DNA of 64,000 nt from the NCBI GenBank assembly GCA_000934665.2, contig KZ538089.1, forward strand, positions 1-64,000, given 5' to 3'. The DNA comes from Catajapyx aquilonaris (lineage: Eukaryota). Below the pieces are notes generated by a model that saw only the letters and a list, made by a program, of their open reading frames with translations, did not search any database and was not told the origin of the DNA. The position numbers and the translations under genes are program-made. Positions 14,601 through 29,800 of this stretch are shown piece by piece; the stretch's first letter is position 1; each line of letters begins with the position of its first letter.

Positions 14601-17600
14601 CCCCACCACCCCCCACCTATACCACCACCCTTTCCCTACCCTTTATCATTTTCCTCTCCTTATTATCATCATTAGTGTGAGCAGGAAGTGGCAAGGGCAA
14701 AGCATTTCTCTCCCTCTTTTGTCTGACGGATAGACACTTGGCATAGCAACATATGCAGATGCGTGCAGAAAGGCCAGCAGGTTGCTTCCAAGTGGGAAAA
14801 GATATAATAACGAATAACACAACTCGCGCACACACACAAAAAATAGGAAAAAAAGGAAAAAAAATTGTTAGGGGATCACCAGATGGGACAATTGGTGGCC
14901 GAAAGGGACCGGTTTTCCTCTCCTCGTTTTCGCGTGTCTCATCCCAATAAAACGGGCGACGATTTCCTTCGGTCCCCCCCGATTTTTCAAGAACCCGATA
15001 GAAAATTCAGAGTCCGGTACCTGTGATAAAAGCGCGAAACGGCGGCAGACCCCGAGATTTCTGAATCTCCCCGAGGAGAAAGGGGAAGAAGAAGAAAAAA
15101 AATTATCTGGTGTCAGGATAAGTTATCGTCTGCCGCGAAACTAATCTGCCACTACACCCGATCTACCAGTTTCCGAGTGTTGCGTGGGTTCATATTTCAC
15201 ACCGATTCTTTCCTAATGGATGCCCTCCATTATTTGTCTCATAACAGTCTGAAAACTCCCCACAACAACGACAACAAAAAAATGGCGGGGGGGAAAAAAA
15301 ATTTGACGTCCTCTAAGAGCTGGTGGAAGTAAACGTTCTTGTGGCATGACTTCCAACCGACAATTTTTCTGCTTCAGATAGTCTCCCCCCTTTTTATTTA
15401 TGCCTCTAAATTTGCATCGAGCTTCCTACATGCGATTCGTGCCAAAAAAAGACGAAAAAAATTTGAAGCGATCTTGATACAGTGACCTCATAAAACAAAA
15501 GCATTTGCGGTTTGAAGCCATCGGGCCAGGTAGTTAAGTCAGGGAAGTGTATATCCGCGGCACAGGAATTCTCAAACTAGTAATTAAACGGTTGTAAAAG
15601 TGGCCACTATAGTGGGCCTAAAAGAAATCTCAAGTAGACACAAAGTTTTACTTGCGCACTTACTTTTTTGCCACTTGTTACACTTGGCTTCTTTCACACT
15701 AGACTTTGTATGTAGCCAGGATTTTGCATAATGAGAAACGGACGAATCCCGCATAAGAGTTGTGAAAATTATGTGCAGACTTGTTTCTTGACATTTCAGT
15801 GTGTCACCACAGAGGTGCACCCAAAATTTAAATTTAATTCGTGGGTAAAGCAACTTGGTGATCTCTAGTTCAAAGGTGTTAAAATCCAGCCAACCATATT
15901 GAGTGTCAGTTAGATCCAAGCGTCTAATTTGTAGTAGGAGAGTTTTATAATAATTTCTCAGGAGAGGGGAGAAAGCTGGCTGCTTCAAGTCGTGTATTGT
16001 CAGTAGTTGTGGACATAATTGTTTGAACGGCTTTAATTACAGTCGGAAGTCATCATCTTGAACTCGGAAAGGAAACGTAACCCTGTCTTTTGGGGGAGCA
16101 AGCATCTATCTCGATAAGGGATTATACGGACGGAGGTTCGCCCCCCTTTTCAATCCAATTAAACGGGGAAGACTTCATTCCTGGAAGCTTATTACATGGC
16201 GCTGGATGGCCTGGAGAATGAAGAGCGGCGTCTGTAACCGGGTCACGTTGGGTCTTCGTGTCTAAGGACCGGTCGTACACCTTGCATTTATGCCCAATTC
16301 CTATTGAGACATCCGGTATGCCCCCCCTTATACACACCGCCCAGAAAACGAACCGCTAAATGTCGACTTGCCCATTTGTCCTCCTATTCAATAAATTTCA
16401 ATCCTGCTGCTGTAGTCGGGTTTTGTCCCGATGGACTCCAGGCCCTATATACAGCATAGGAAGAGGATTATAATGTGTAAAAATAATTAACGAGGAAAGA
16501 AATAGATCGTATTTTTTTTGGTTGGTCTCACCCACACCTGCGCACGCGGATTGTTAGGTTTTGTTACACTGTAATTAGAATCCATGGTTGCTTGGGAAAT
16601 AAGGTGGTGGAGGTCACTGGATATGGACAGGTGCTTGATTTCTGGAACATCCCGGATTATAAATACTGGGTCCCAAATCTGGCAACGCTGGTTTGTTTGT
16701 GGAGGGTCCGAATATTTCGTACCCGCGGACTGATGGTGATGAAGACACACTTCAGCAAATTTCATTACACTCTCATTTCATAGCGATTCCAGAGAGAGCT
16801 GAGTTGCTTTTTTTTACTCCTTCGATGCGCATCAGTGGAGATGAACTGCTGAGATAAACATAATCGCTTCTCGTTACTGGACATTTATTGCTACAAATTA
16901 GTTGCAACCTGGTCCACCAATTACACCGCCGAGCATTAAATTACACTGCATTTCCGCTTATGTGTGACTGAAAGGTATTTTTATTACACTTTATTGTTAT
17001 TCTTGACCCTGTTATTGAAAAGCCCACACTGATGGTAATGTGCCTAATAACAGTACAGCGCAGGTCAATGCGCTTGTCCCATAGATTCTCACTTGGAAGA
17101 AACAGAGTTATGTAGAGCAATACCGTCAAGGTGCAGAAGTACAAGTTAATCACAGAGATTGTCGTGGAAACCAACACCTTGTGGATGTCAAGACAGGAAC
17201 TGAACCATCTCCGGGGCTGCACAAAAACACGTTCAGCCGGACAAGTCGCTTCTCCGACATAATAAGATGCAGCCTATAGCCAGTTGCTGATTATGTCAGG
17301 ATTGTTGCGTCGCCCATTACACAGAAAAAAAGGGAAAGAAGAAGGTCGTGATGGGGAATTCCTGGAATCGCATCGTGGTCTCCATCGTTTTGATGGGTCC
17401 CCCAAACACATCTTCATACATCTTCCCCCATCGCCGTCAAATGAGTCGGTCCCCTTCAAGAAGGGCCAGGCATGATGACCTTACTCTCTCGTCGCGTGCC
17501 CTTTGCATTCCACCCACTATGCAAGCAGGCCATCACACAAAAGCAGTTTCTCTTCCTTTTTGTGTATGTCTCTCCGGCTTCGATTCGATTGTCAGCTGTC

Positions 17601-20600
17601 GGTTTTTCCAGATCATGATTACTTCCATTACTATTTCAGAAGAAGCGTCACTGTGCGCACGTGCTGCGAGTTTAGGTAAATTCTGCAAAGAAAAAATACG
17701 CAAAATATATTGTGAAATACATTCCTGAAAAAATAACCGAAAAAACCATTCGTGAGTGGCGTTGTGTAGGTGTGGAAAAATCCGATTAATAATAATGGAG
17801 AAAATACCCTAACTGCCCAAGAGTATTATACGACGAGTGTTGTGAAGTCGTTGTTTACATCCGTCGCTATTTTTTATGAACTGCAAATTATTTCTTGTGA
17901 AAAAAACAAACGCCGAGGGTATCTTTTCCTCACATAAATAATGATAGCGTGAGAATAATGTAAGTTGCAGCAGGGAGTCCATTTTTTTCTCCGTCTTTTC
18001 TCTTTCTTTCTAGTCCATGTATATTTTGTGAAATAAGGTTGTATTGTGGCCTGCACGCATTGGCTGTAATCAATGGGAGACAAGTTAGCTGCATATTGGA
18101 ACCATTACAAATTTTTTCCCCCATCAATAATATGTTGTTTTTTTCCCCCTCGAGTGAAAACCCGAGGAATTTGAAACAAATTGCGAGTGCTGGCTGAAGA
18201 AAAGGTCTTGCTGGAGCTGATGGGATGAGTAAAAACTCACCTTTCCTAATGAACCCGGTGATTTTTGACACGAAGGAGACCGGTCGGTGTAGCCCGTTAG
18301 CCCCGCATAATATCACAGTACGCCACTGATGGAGCTGACTGGATGCAGCAGCAGCAGCCACGGCGCGGCCCTTTCTATGCAAATGATACCTTCAAACCCC
18401 CTTCTTCATGCTTAGGAAAACCCGCGGGTCCACTTTTCACCGGAGCCCAAACCTATTTATTAAGGTAATCGGGGCCCGTTTCTCTAACTGGGATTTTAAC
18501 CCTCCTTGATTGTTGCAGGTGTATCTCGGCGCGACCTGTCCTCTCACAGACATGCGATCATATTGCAAATTTTATGCCGCCATAAAGTGTTTATAGGGAT
18601 GCGCAACACAGACGGCCTGTACTTGTTTATTAATTGCGCAATTTATGGCACCGATTCTGATTCTACAATATTTCATTGTGTTTCCGTTCTAACGGTAGAT
18701 TCTCCTGAGCAGGGGCTTCCTCGATACGATTCTTGTTACATGTCAACAAAGGTGCAGTGTGTCACTTGATTCTCCGAAAGTCAAGCGGGTGGAAAAAGAG
18801 GATTGCGTTTTTAGTTCCCCCCAAGTTCTGCTTGCATCCCAGCAGGCGAGGTTTGTTGTTGTTCATGATGGTTGCGGGTGATGGCATGTCTGGTTAGTGC
18901 TGGAAAAAGCGGTTGTGGCAGGCGGCAATTACTTGGCGACAAATGCTTTCGGTATATTGTGTGATGTGTGTGTGAGCTGCAGGGCATGCGCGTACAAGTG
19001 CCGACAAATGGCGTGCAGCGCGCAAGGCAGTTTAGGATAAGTGAAGTTGTCCCAAGGTGTAAAACGACACGAAGATGCAAACAGTGTGAGGGACAGGTGT
19101 GATGTTGTGGGGGGGGGGGTGGATGCCGTGACGTCACGGTCACCCTCCGAGGACTACACAGCACACAGCTCGCAAAGAAGAGAGAGAGCATGATGCCAGA
19201 GCATCACAACACACGAAAGACAGGCGAATCTCACGAAACGGCCTCCCGACACACGATGCCCTTGCCCACGAAAACTCAACCTGACCCCAACACGAATTTT
19301 ATTTGCTCACCCCGGGGCTGCTGCCTTGCCCAAACTTGCCCTACCTCACGACACCACCTTTTAAATTTCTACGCTCAAAAACGCAACCCCCCCAGACTCT
19401 CCTATCTTTTTTTTCTTCCCCCCGTGCAGTTTGTGTTTATATATACAAAACTGGGCAATGCACCATGCCATCTTCACATGCGAGCGAATAATGGGCAGTT
19501 TTTTTTTTTTTAAAGTCCAACAATCCCAGAAACTTTGTTGAATTCAGCAGCATTTTAGCACTTTGTTGACATAACAAGGTGCTGCGACTGGAAATTCTTT
19601 GGGTATATTTCGAGTAAATATATTTACGAGGCAAATCCCGCAGCACGGAACTTTGGCCAGTTGTCCTTTAACGCGACTTTTGCAAGCGACTGACTCCTCT
19701 CGTGACCGTAACGAAAATTCCAGTGATTTCCGCATCCAAATAATTATAGTCCATTACGTAATAATTGAGTGTGTGTGTCGGAGGTGCCTCAAGGTGCTTT
19801 TTTTATAGATCCCACCCCCATGGGAACTTCTGAGAAAATTCGGCGCCAAAAGCGAATATAATGCGGTCGAGAATTGATACACGTCACGCACGGCCAGCTT
19901 GAGTCAATATCAGCGTGAAACCCGCTGGACACTTAGTTTAAGTAACGATAACACGGACTTATGAGCGAGGTGGTGATAATTCGCTCCGCTTCCTGAAAAT
20001 GTATATAATTGTACAAGAGGAGTGAGGGTTGGGTTGGGTGGGCGATAAGCCGCACGGCATGGCTCGCTTGCTTTGCTTTTGCTTGCTCGGATAGTTTTCT
20101 AAGGAAAGGCTCTGATGTATATAGTACTTTTGGCGGGGGTTTTGCCCAACTTACCCGACCGAAGAAGAAGGTTTTTTGGATTTTTAAAAAAAGTGTGGAG
20201 CCGGCAAGACCTTAATTACTTGCAGGAAGAGTATAGTAGCCAAAGAGGCGGATTCTGCGCTAATTATATATTTTTTTCGACGAGGTGGAGGAGGAAAGTA
20301 AATGACAAAAAAGGCGCCCAATTTTTGCTCAGGCAAGGGTGAGAAATTGAGGCAGAAGGATTTATTGTGCAAAATAATTTCGCATGTTTGTGCAGAGCGT
20401 GAGAGGGTGTTTCTGTAATGCACGCTTACACGGCCTAAGATATATGGGGATGGACTCGGAAACAGCACCAAAATAATCTCGAGATGTTTACAAAATTCAT
20501 TTGGGCGTCATTATTTCATCGTACAATATACATTGATGTAGCATGTAGCCAGATGAGTGAAAGGGGAAGCTTTCTTTTTATTTCCCTTCTTCCAACCCTA

Positions 20601-20742
20601 TATACATATGTATATGACCCCCTTTCAGTAGATATGCACTAATCCGGGCAAGCTCGCGTGCCACTTGTACGAGCCGGAAAGATTGGATTCTATGGGAACC
20701 TCCGAGACAAAAAGAGAAACGATCCGCCTCTCCGTACATATA

Positions 20743-20825
20743 CAGGGTGAATCAGACCTCCGCCAGATGATACAAGACAAGTCCGAAATGACCACCGATG
20801 ACCTGCGCAGTTCTGACTCACCCTG
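20743..20825. mobile_element. Short degenerate MITE relic (83 bp)
   Basis: Left end TA|CAGGGTGAATCAGACCTCCGCCAG versus right-end reverse complement CAGGGTGAGTCAGAACTGCGCAG. It has the same CAGGGTG terminus as the other two MITEs, but the right flank is CG rather than TA. Confidence 0.55.
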
Positions 20826-23800
20826 CGACGAGCGATTGCAGTTATTATATATAGCCTCCGAGGATGTGCCATGGTAAACATTCGGTGCTGGAACCGCGAT
20901 GAGTTTGAAAATGTCCAGTAAATCAGAGTCTGGAATGAAGCCGTGAAGCGAAAGGCTTCATATAACCCCCACAAAGACCCATAAAAATCGGTTGGCCCAC
21001 TGAGAAGCATAATTTATAATCCGCCTTATATTCAGTCTGGGGAAGGAAGTTTATACCCGGCTAACTTTTACTGCTGATTCTGACCCATGAAAGGAAATGA
21101 GAACCGGCCGATTGTAAATATACTCCCTCATTTTCTGATATTAATTATGCTCTATCTCCCTCCCCTCCCCCCTCTCCCCTACTTCCTACCCTTGTCGTGC
21201 CCGAGATTAATAACTTTGCGCAATTAAAATTTTGCCCTGCACCAAACAGACCTTATCACACCGTCACATCATCATACTGTGGTACTTTTTCAGTACATTT
21301 ACTTGAATATCAAACCTGCTGTACTTAGAATGGCGACCATGCACATTTTTTTGTATTCTTCAGTAGACTAACTCGTCAGTAAACTGGAGAAATTAATTGG
21401 TACAAGGTGCGGGTGCATTCCTTGCTGAATAGAAGGCGTTAAAATTCCCACACACTCTCCACCTTTTTTTCCCTCCCTTTGCCGCCTTCTTTATCCAATG
21501 AAATACCAGTACTGATTAGAAGTCGTACATTACTGTTGCAGCTCTCTGGCTGCTTCCATATCTGACTTCGAACACTTTTCAACCGGGTATAAAAATTTCA
21601 GGAGGTGAATTTTACGACACCTTCCTTGATATATCCCGCGAGGAGTTTTATGACTGCTGCATAACTCACGATTTAATAGCTGGCAGGTGACGTCACCAGG
21701 TAAGATGGGGGGGATATGCTTTAAAAAAATAAGGGGGGGGGGAATGCTGGGAAACCTCTCTCTCTCTCTCAGAAGCCATTTTACCTGGTCTCCCATGGAC
21801 ACAGAATAATGGTTAAAAAAAGAGAGGCACCTGAAAAAAGGTGCACGCGTTTGGCCAATATCCACTGGCTGATAAGAGTGCCAAATGGGGAAAATGGGGG
21901 CGCGTAAATTCACCTCACTCATTGGTATTCAGATTGGGTCTGTTGATTCCACTTTTAGGGGGTTTGCAACCCGAAAAAAAAAGATAAGCCGCAGATCTCA
22001 TATTCTCCCCACCCAGATTTGTCAGGCTTTCATCGATTTCTGCTGACAGATGTAACTCATTCCACGCCCGTTGCACTTTTATTGGAAATCCATGGCTATT
22101 TTCCAAGACGTGTTAACTTTTCTTTGTGTGTTTTTGTCTGTGTGAAGGTTTTAGATCCGGGGCCGTATATATACATAATGACGGAAGCAATTTGGTCTCA
22201 TTAAGCTCTCGCCTCCAGGCCAGGATTATTTACGATCAACTCATTTTCACTGAAGCCAATTAAGTAGAGGAGCAATTTGTCCGCCAAGAGAGGCCCCTTT
22301 GATTAACGTTAATTTTGATTTCTGCCTTTTCCTTCGCCCATACATTTAATTACAGTCGTGCTGTAAATATAGCAGCAATTGTGCAGATGGACCTCTAAAG
22401 ACGATGAAAATGTAGGAAACGTGTGAAAATAAGTGCGCATGTGGATTGGGTCCTCTGACAGATGATGATGATGGTGTTGTGCCCAGGAGCGGATCATCAG
22501 AAGGCCGCCACCAGGTCCAAATTAATGACTGTCGGCCCATCGGTAGCTCAACAGCAGCAGCCCAGGAAAGAGCAACAGAAGGAGAGTAGGCCAATGATTG
22601 CCATAGCACCCAATTATTGCCCACTTTTGGGTTTTACACGCGCTGATTGCCCGCTATCATCTCAGCATATATGCGCGGGAAACTCGGGGGAGGATTTTTC
22701 ACAGGCTGCCTCACAGTCATGGATATTGCAGGGCAGCAGGTGACTCCCTCGAATCCATCCATTAGAGGTCAAATAATGCGTTTTCCACTAAGGAAGACAA
22801 GTTCGAAATGAAACTGACGTATTGATGGTCACCAAAAAACCTTTCGCCATAATTATGTGAAAAAGAGACTCATCTAACTTGCAAAGAGTGAGTGTGTAAA
22901 TTGCCCTGTATTATACCTGGAACCCTCGTTAAATATTAAACCGGCAGACACAGCGGGGGGTTGTTTGAACCCATGTATCATGTCGTATTAGGTGGCGTAC
23001 CTGGGTGGCAATAAATTCAGTAATGGTTTTTTTTACGTCGAATGATAAAAAAAATCGGCGACACGCACATTCGTATCCGGTGCGAACGTTTGGTTCTGCG
23101 GAATGGGCCAACCCTTGCTGCCTTTTGCTGTTGGCCTATATTTATTTCCCAGCAGCAGCAAGCAAGCAAAAGCGGCTTGGGAATATGGTTTCGTGCGACA
23201 GATTGTGCGTCTGACTGTAGGACGATATCTATCTGCACAATGTGGGTCATGTGATCAGACACACATGAGTGACTCCTAACTGTCCCCTCCAAAAAATCAC
23301 ACATCACCTGCACCGCTTTTTATCACGCGCTCTCTCTCTCCCATTTTTGTGTGGGCTCAGACTCTCTATCACCATCGACATAACCATTTCTCACCTAATT
23401 GATTACGCGTGATCGGAAACATGAAAGTGTGAGATTCGGAGCAATAAATGGTTATATAAAAAGGGGCGGGTTTGAGTCCCATGCTATCCTATGGGAGCCG
23501 GCCCGGTTCCGTTTTCGTCCGATCCTTATGCAAAAAAAAAACAACGGCGGAGGTGAGATTCACGAAGAGAACCGGTCAAGGTGCCCGTTCTCAAGCCAAT
23601 GGGTTCCAATTATATTGCCAGGAGACACTTCCGTTTTCTCAGCCCAACCTTTGTCCAAAAAATTATTCATGTCCCAGATACTTGCTGGCCTTTGACCCAG
23701 TTTGTTGGAGGCAGCAGGAAGGAAGCCCAGATATAATATAGAGTAAAAGATGGGCAAATCATTTCTCTGGGGTTCCTGTCTGGAGAGGCACGCGAAAGGA

Positions 23801-26800
23801 TGCATCTCCTTGACGCTGGGGGTTGCTCAGCATCCCTTTTTCCACGCCCAAAAGTCACTCCTTTGGCCCCTATATGCTCCGCTCCAATTTTTTCGTTCCT
23901 CTCTGTTGTCTGCACCGGTTTAAAATGGGTGTAAACCCGCCTGAAAAATGATCGCACCTTTTTTGCTCCTATATGCACTATTTGCATTAACTGACGAATG
24001 TTTGCGGTTTCGGTGTTGAATTTTTACTCGTTTTTTAAAAGTAACATGTCGAGTTTTTTTGTTGTCAGGGCAGGCTTACAATTAATGTACTGTACAATAA
24101 GAGAGAGCCCTAAAATAAACCTGGGAATGGTTCAGTGACCTTGTTTGACAAAGAGAGTGTGATGTGTGTGTGTGGCGCAGGGGTCATAGAATCCGAAGAT
24201 TTTGGAGCTTCCCTTGAGAAGAACGGGTCACGACTGGAAGGGGCCAATAATCGAAAGGGCTTTTGTACGAGGTGTGGATCCAGCCAGGAGCAACAGTCAT
24301 CAAGAGGCCGACTGCCGACCAAGGATTATTTCCCACGACCAAGCAAAGTTGTTGCCGGCGTCCCATTTCTCATTCCTTGCGGTCGCTTGCTGCTGCTGAT
24401 GTTGTTGTTGCAGAGGACACATTTACATAATCGGCTGCATAATTACACAGCGAGACGTGAATGATGCCACGAGCTTGCACCACACTATTCGGCAGCTGAT
24501 GTGCTGGATTCTTGTGTAATAATTTGTGGCCCCTGGATCGGAAGAAGACCCGGACCATCCGCAACCCAGATGGGCCCAACACATTCTTGATGGGAAATTA
24601 TTGTGGCATCATTATTACCTCGCAGCAGATATCATCGGGAAGGATGGGCTCAATCAGGCTGAGACTTTGGGAAGATAAACGGTCTCACCGAAAAGCCTTT
24701 TGCCTTTCATTGAAAGCGGCCTGGGTTATTAGGCTCGTGAGAGATGGCCCGGCCTTACAACCGGTGGTGGTGACGGCCCCGTTTTCAATCATCGATGGTA
24801 CACACCGCACAACGGTTGTGAACTGTCCAAATATGTGCGACTCTGTGTGTGTGTGAACCTTTGACCTGATAAAAAGCTGATCGGATTTTCCCTGGTATGC
24901 GCGAGTGTTTGTCTTACGACCTTTGTTACGCAATCCCAGCTCGTGCAATAGAGTATTATACCGTTTTCTGCGTTTCTGCGTGTTTTCGTCCAATTGCGTG
25001 ACGACTTGCATTAGCATTAGTGAGTTTTTAAATCATGCAATCAACTTGTGGGTGTACACACACGCCCTGGTGTACCCTCGGAACGAAATGCAAGGAGGAG
25101 ATAATGGGCATCGTCCCTATTATACCATATACCACATACAAACCCACCTCTTATATGGCTGTGTAGATAAGTATCTGCTGGGAAATGTCGCATCATGAGA
25201 TGGATGAGCAAAACCAGAGTGCTTTGCCATTTAGCACAATGGGAGGAAACTTGCTAAGCACATGCTCATTTCGCGGACACGATATGCCATCATCCTGCTG
25301 CTGCTGTGGGTTGAACTCTGCTGCTAGCTGCCATAGTTGCTCGCAGAAATATCCGAGGTCGCCTTATCATTTCTAACGAGTGTGTACAGGGTGAGTCCGG
25401 AAGGCTGCTGATGAGCACAGATGCCCTTTAGTGTTCCTGTGGGGCCCACAGGAAGCGCGACCATGTTTCCACCAAATAAGCATTTCCACTAATGGCCCGG
25501 GGGCCAAATACTCTCTCTCTCTCATCGGGTTCCCTCTGCTGCCTGTCCAATGAGCCGGTTTTTCCGGGACTGCTGCTGCCTGTATATGCCTGCCTGTCCG
25601 GATTTCTGGCACATGCTGGCTGGCTGACCCTACGCTTATGAAATTAAAGTTGAGGAAGGGAGGAGGACGCAGTTATTATTCGCCATCTTAATTGCTGCCG
25701 ATAAGAAAAATAGTGGGGGGCTCCTCCAAAATGGTTGCATCCGGTTTTTAAGCTGTTGTTACCTGTTCTGATGGTGCTCTGGCTCGCCAGGGAGAGATAA
25801 AAAGGAAGGTAGTATATAGGAACCATCAGATGAGGACGGGATGTGTCTATTGTCATGGGGTCACGACTGTGTCTCTATAGAGAGGGGAAGTGATTTGGGC
25901 CAAAGTGGTCTCCTTTTGTGGAAGTTCGGTCAGCTGAACCTGTCACGACTGATTTACGCAGATGAGTGGACATGTTTCTCTTGGCCGGATGCGGTCGAAT
26001 CTCTCGAGAATATATAGGTTCAGTTCAGAAAATCACAAATTGATTCGCTCAGGTTTATACGCATCCAAAAAAAAATGTCTGATTTTGCGAGTGACATTTC
26101 TCGAACCCTGCCTTATATAGATAAAATGTCTTGTTATAGAATAAGTGACTCGGGGTTGGCCTTATCCCCCCTGATGGATGTTTGTGTCATTCCAGGCACA
26201 AATTCCGATCGTTATGGACATTGGGCCCCCGGTATTAGGCCGCAATTGCAACAAATGGCATTACGGCATATATTGATTTGGTCCTCTTATCCTGTGAGAC
26301 CATCGCGGGGGGACATGAATCATTCAGCATGTTGCTGATAGAGGTTGGGCCTCATTTATGACCGACTAACAGCTCGTGCCAGCAGCAGCAGAAAGCCTTA
26401 TATTTGAACTGCGGAAATTCCGTTAATGTGTTGGCGAATAATATACCTTGACAGCCAAAGTCAGCGGTTGCGAGATGTGTACACACCATCAGAATAAAAA
26501 ATATTATTCGTCCGATGGCGTGTCTGACGGTCACCATAAAAATGTTGGCTTCCATATGTGCCATCTGATAAATGCCACTCTTTTTGGTTAATCAAGAAGG
26601 CAGCTGTGTTGCTAATTGCTCCCTTGGACCCGTTTCTGGACTTCCGTTTTGCAGGAAACGCACGCTTTGCTTGCTCGCTTCATAGGCAATGTCCTAACCC
26701 CCCCTTTCTATATGATATCCCCCCCACTCCCTCACTCCAAATGGTAAAAAAAAAGAAACGGCCCTCCAGCAGGATCTGTTTCTTCCTCTTCTTGCGTGCA

Positions 26801-29800
26801 GGCTGCCTGTTCCGCCGGTTTCCCCAAAAAGGGCCCAGGGACCTAACTCCGGTGCATCCGGAACCAGCCAGCTGTCTCGTCTGATGGTCAAACCCTGCTG
26901 ACCACTGGCCACAATCCCGCAGCAGCCAATGTCCCGTGTCCGGCGTTCCGTTTGGTGGCCCACCCATTATGCAAGTCTCTCCTGGTCCATTATGCAAGGA
27001 GCCATCTGCATATATGGATTGCTTGGCTACTGTGGGCAGCAGCCGGTTTTATGGTCCTCCGCAGTTGTCTGTTTGGGTGGCCAAAGGTGATCATCGTTCA
27101 CCTGCTGCTGCTGTGCCATCCGATTGATGTGGTCGTCCATATAATACTTGCTGCTGGAGAGGGAGAGAATTCCTTGTGGGAGGGGGGAAAGGGGGGGGTG
27201 GTTCGGCACCTTTCATTTTGTTGAGGCAAAAAGTGGTCACTTGGGTTCAAGGTTGGGCAACAAGTGTCTTTGTGCGGCGGTCAGCAGTCAGGTGGTGCTC
27301 GATCAACCTGCTCTTCCATCACCAATGGCCCTTTACACCGATTACATCATTGCCGCTCTCGGATGCCAGATGCAGGACTTGTCACTCTCGCCACAATCTG
27401 AATTTTATTTCGCTCGGGCTTTTGGAGGCGACGCCATCTGGATCTCTCTCATTTTTTTTTTTGCTTCACGTATACAAATGCCTACTACCAATACCAATTA
27501 AATGCCATTCGAATCGGACGTTTCTTGGGTCGATGACACTCTGACGGGGGAATTATATAGATTTTACTGCTGCTTTTCTCCCCCTCAGACTTTTTCTGTT
27601 ATGTAATATTTCACTCGAGGAGAAGAGTCAGCCAAATGACACTATTGGTGATTTTCAGAAAGGTGTCACTCCCCAATCAGCTTTTCCTGCATTGTTGACG
27701 TTGGCAATGCCAGCAGACAGCAATGTGGCATGCGCTGCTTTGTGTGAAACAGACGGCCACCAACGTAAATGCTCTGATGTCGTGTAGACTCAATACGCTT
27801 CACTCAGTATTTCAGCGAAAATTCCCCTCAATATATAATTATGATTGTCTGATTGAAAAGCGCTGCTTCCTAAGTTCATAACCTTTTCCTATCCGCGGGG
27901 AGCAGTGATTCAAGCACGATGACTCCGGCGTCCTATATATACAATATATTTGCGGAGAGGTTTCTTCTCGTGTGCTCTTCAGAACAATATTCAGAACATG
28001 AGTGGTTGATTATAAAATCGGTCTAATATTAGCTCACTTTGCATAAGTGCTAATTACAGTATAACCACGCCAGGGTTATACTATATAGCTAACTGAAACT
28101 CTATCCGTGACATATTTTTACACAGCACAATAGTCGTGCTGATGAACACAAAACTTATAGGAAGAGAAAAGTTAAACTGATATGTATCGGACCAATTTGT
28201 TTGCTCATGTTATTTCACAATGAAGTATCATAGCATTTACTGTATTAAAGAGTGATTAATTATTTCTTGCAAGAGCAAAGTCCATAGACACATGAAGTTA
28301 AATGAGCACATCATTTGTACAAATTCTGTGGATATAGAAGCTGGAATTTATGCTTTGCCTGCCGCGTATAAAAGTTGGTAGTTGTCTCCGTATGGATGGG
28401 ACACGCACAGAGGACCTGTCACACTTTAGAGCCTAAGTGCTCATTTATTTCTTTTTCTGCCTAGCTCTACCTAAAGTGAGTGTATGCGCCACGCACGGAT
28501 TGCGCTCCTTGCAACTTCGCAATTATTCAATTAAAATAAAATGTGTCTCATACTCCGACCCGTTGACAACACCGCGTCGACTCCCACTGCAGGGAGTAAA
28601 ACGGTGAGAAGTTCTCATCTCTTTTTCGCTGGTCTGACAATGCGACAATGATTGTGTACGTGTCTCTTTCTCTCTCTCTTTCTCCTTGATACGTCACATC
28701 AGTTCCTTGAATAAAAGAGGGAGGATGTTCCCTTGTCACCTGAAGCACGAAGGAAAACAATCGCACGCCCTTGACACAAATCGCCGCGCCTCCCTCATCA
28801 TCATCACTCTGTTGCTGTGAGAATAAGTCTCTTCAGCTCATAAACACGACAATACACCGTCGGTGCAACTTATGGGCCACTGTTTCGAATTAATAACTCG
28901 TGTATTATACGACTCAGGATCTGCACCCGAGCGAGCTGGATCACCCTGTGGCAGGGTTGATGTCTCTGCTTTTTATTATTTTTGCACGAATGTATACATG
29001 CGCATATACATATGAGCTGGAAAAAAAAGTATTTCGCGGGTTGGCGTGCATGCAGCGTGACCCCCTCCGTCTACATGGCCCCCCCTCCGATTTCTATAGC
29101 AGCCCTGTGGTCATCACCACCGTAATCAGTTGGGTGGTGATGATGGTCATCATCCCGTGGCCTGCAAAAAGCCACAGGACGTCAATCAAGGGCGGAGGGA
29201 AGGCCCCTCGGGCCCCCTATGCTCCAATGACCGCCTCTGGGGCCTTCCAAACCATCCATGCCTTGCCGGCCCAGCCAGCCAAGGCAGGGAACCCAACTGC
29301 GACAATAACATCACCATGCAGCCAAAATGGCCGACATTTGTCTTCCTGCCATTTGCGCACCACCATGTCAAAGAGCTGCGGGGAAACACATTCAGCAGAA
29401 CCAAACATTGCGATCTCCCTCTTTTTGCAATAGTGAAACAATGTCATTATTGTAACGTATTTGCATATTTTGCAAAATATTCTGCGTAGGTTACAGCTGC
29501 TGTGCACCAAATGCAGCCGAAATTGAGCCATCAGTTGGTTCATTTTAATGCAGACTTGTCCTCCCCCTGTGCATGCAACATAGGGGACAACAGCATGTGG
29601 TCGTTGCGATTTCACAGCGATTTGGCCCAAAACAGGCTGGGTTTTCATTGTGGGTGTCATAGCGCGAAATTCGGCGATTGGAGAGTTTGTTGTACACTGT
29701 TTTTGGAAGGTAAATCTATCTTGTTTTTACACCCAGCTACTGGAAATCAAATCGATGCCAGGACTGTTACAAAGACCGTGTAACACAGTGAAACAGCCAT

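Noticed and set aside
17449..17460. GGTCCCCTTCAA, resembling part of miR-133
   Set aside because: The match covers only ~12 nt, the rest of the mature sequence diverges, and no precursor hairpin is evident.
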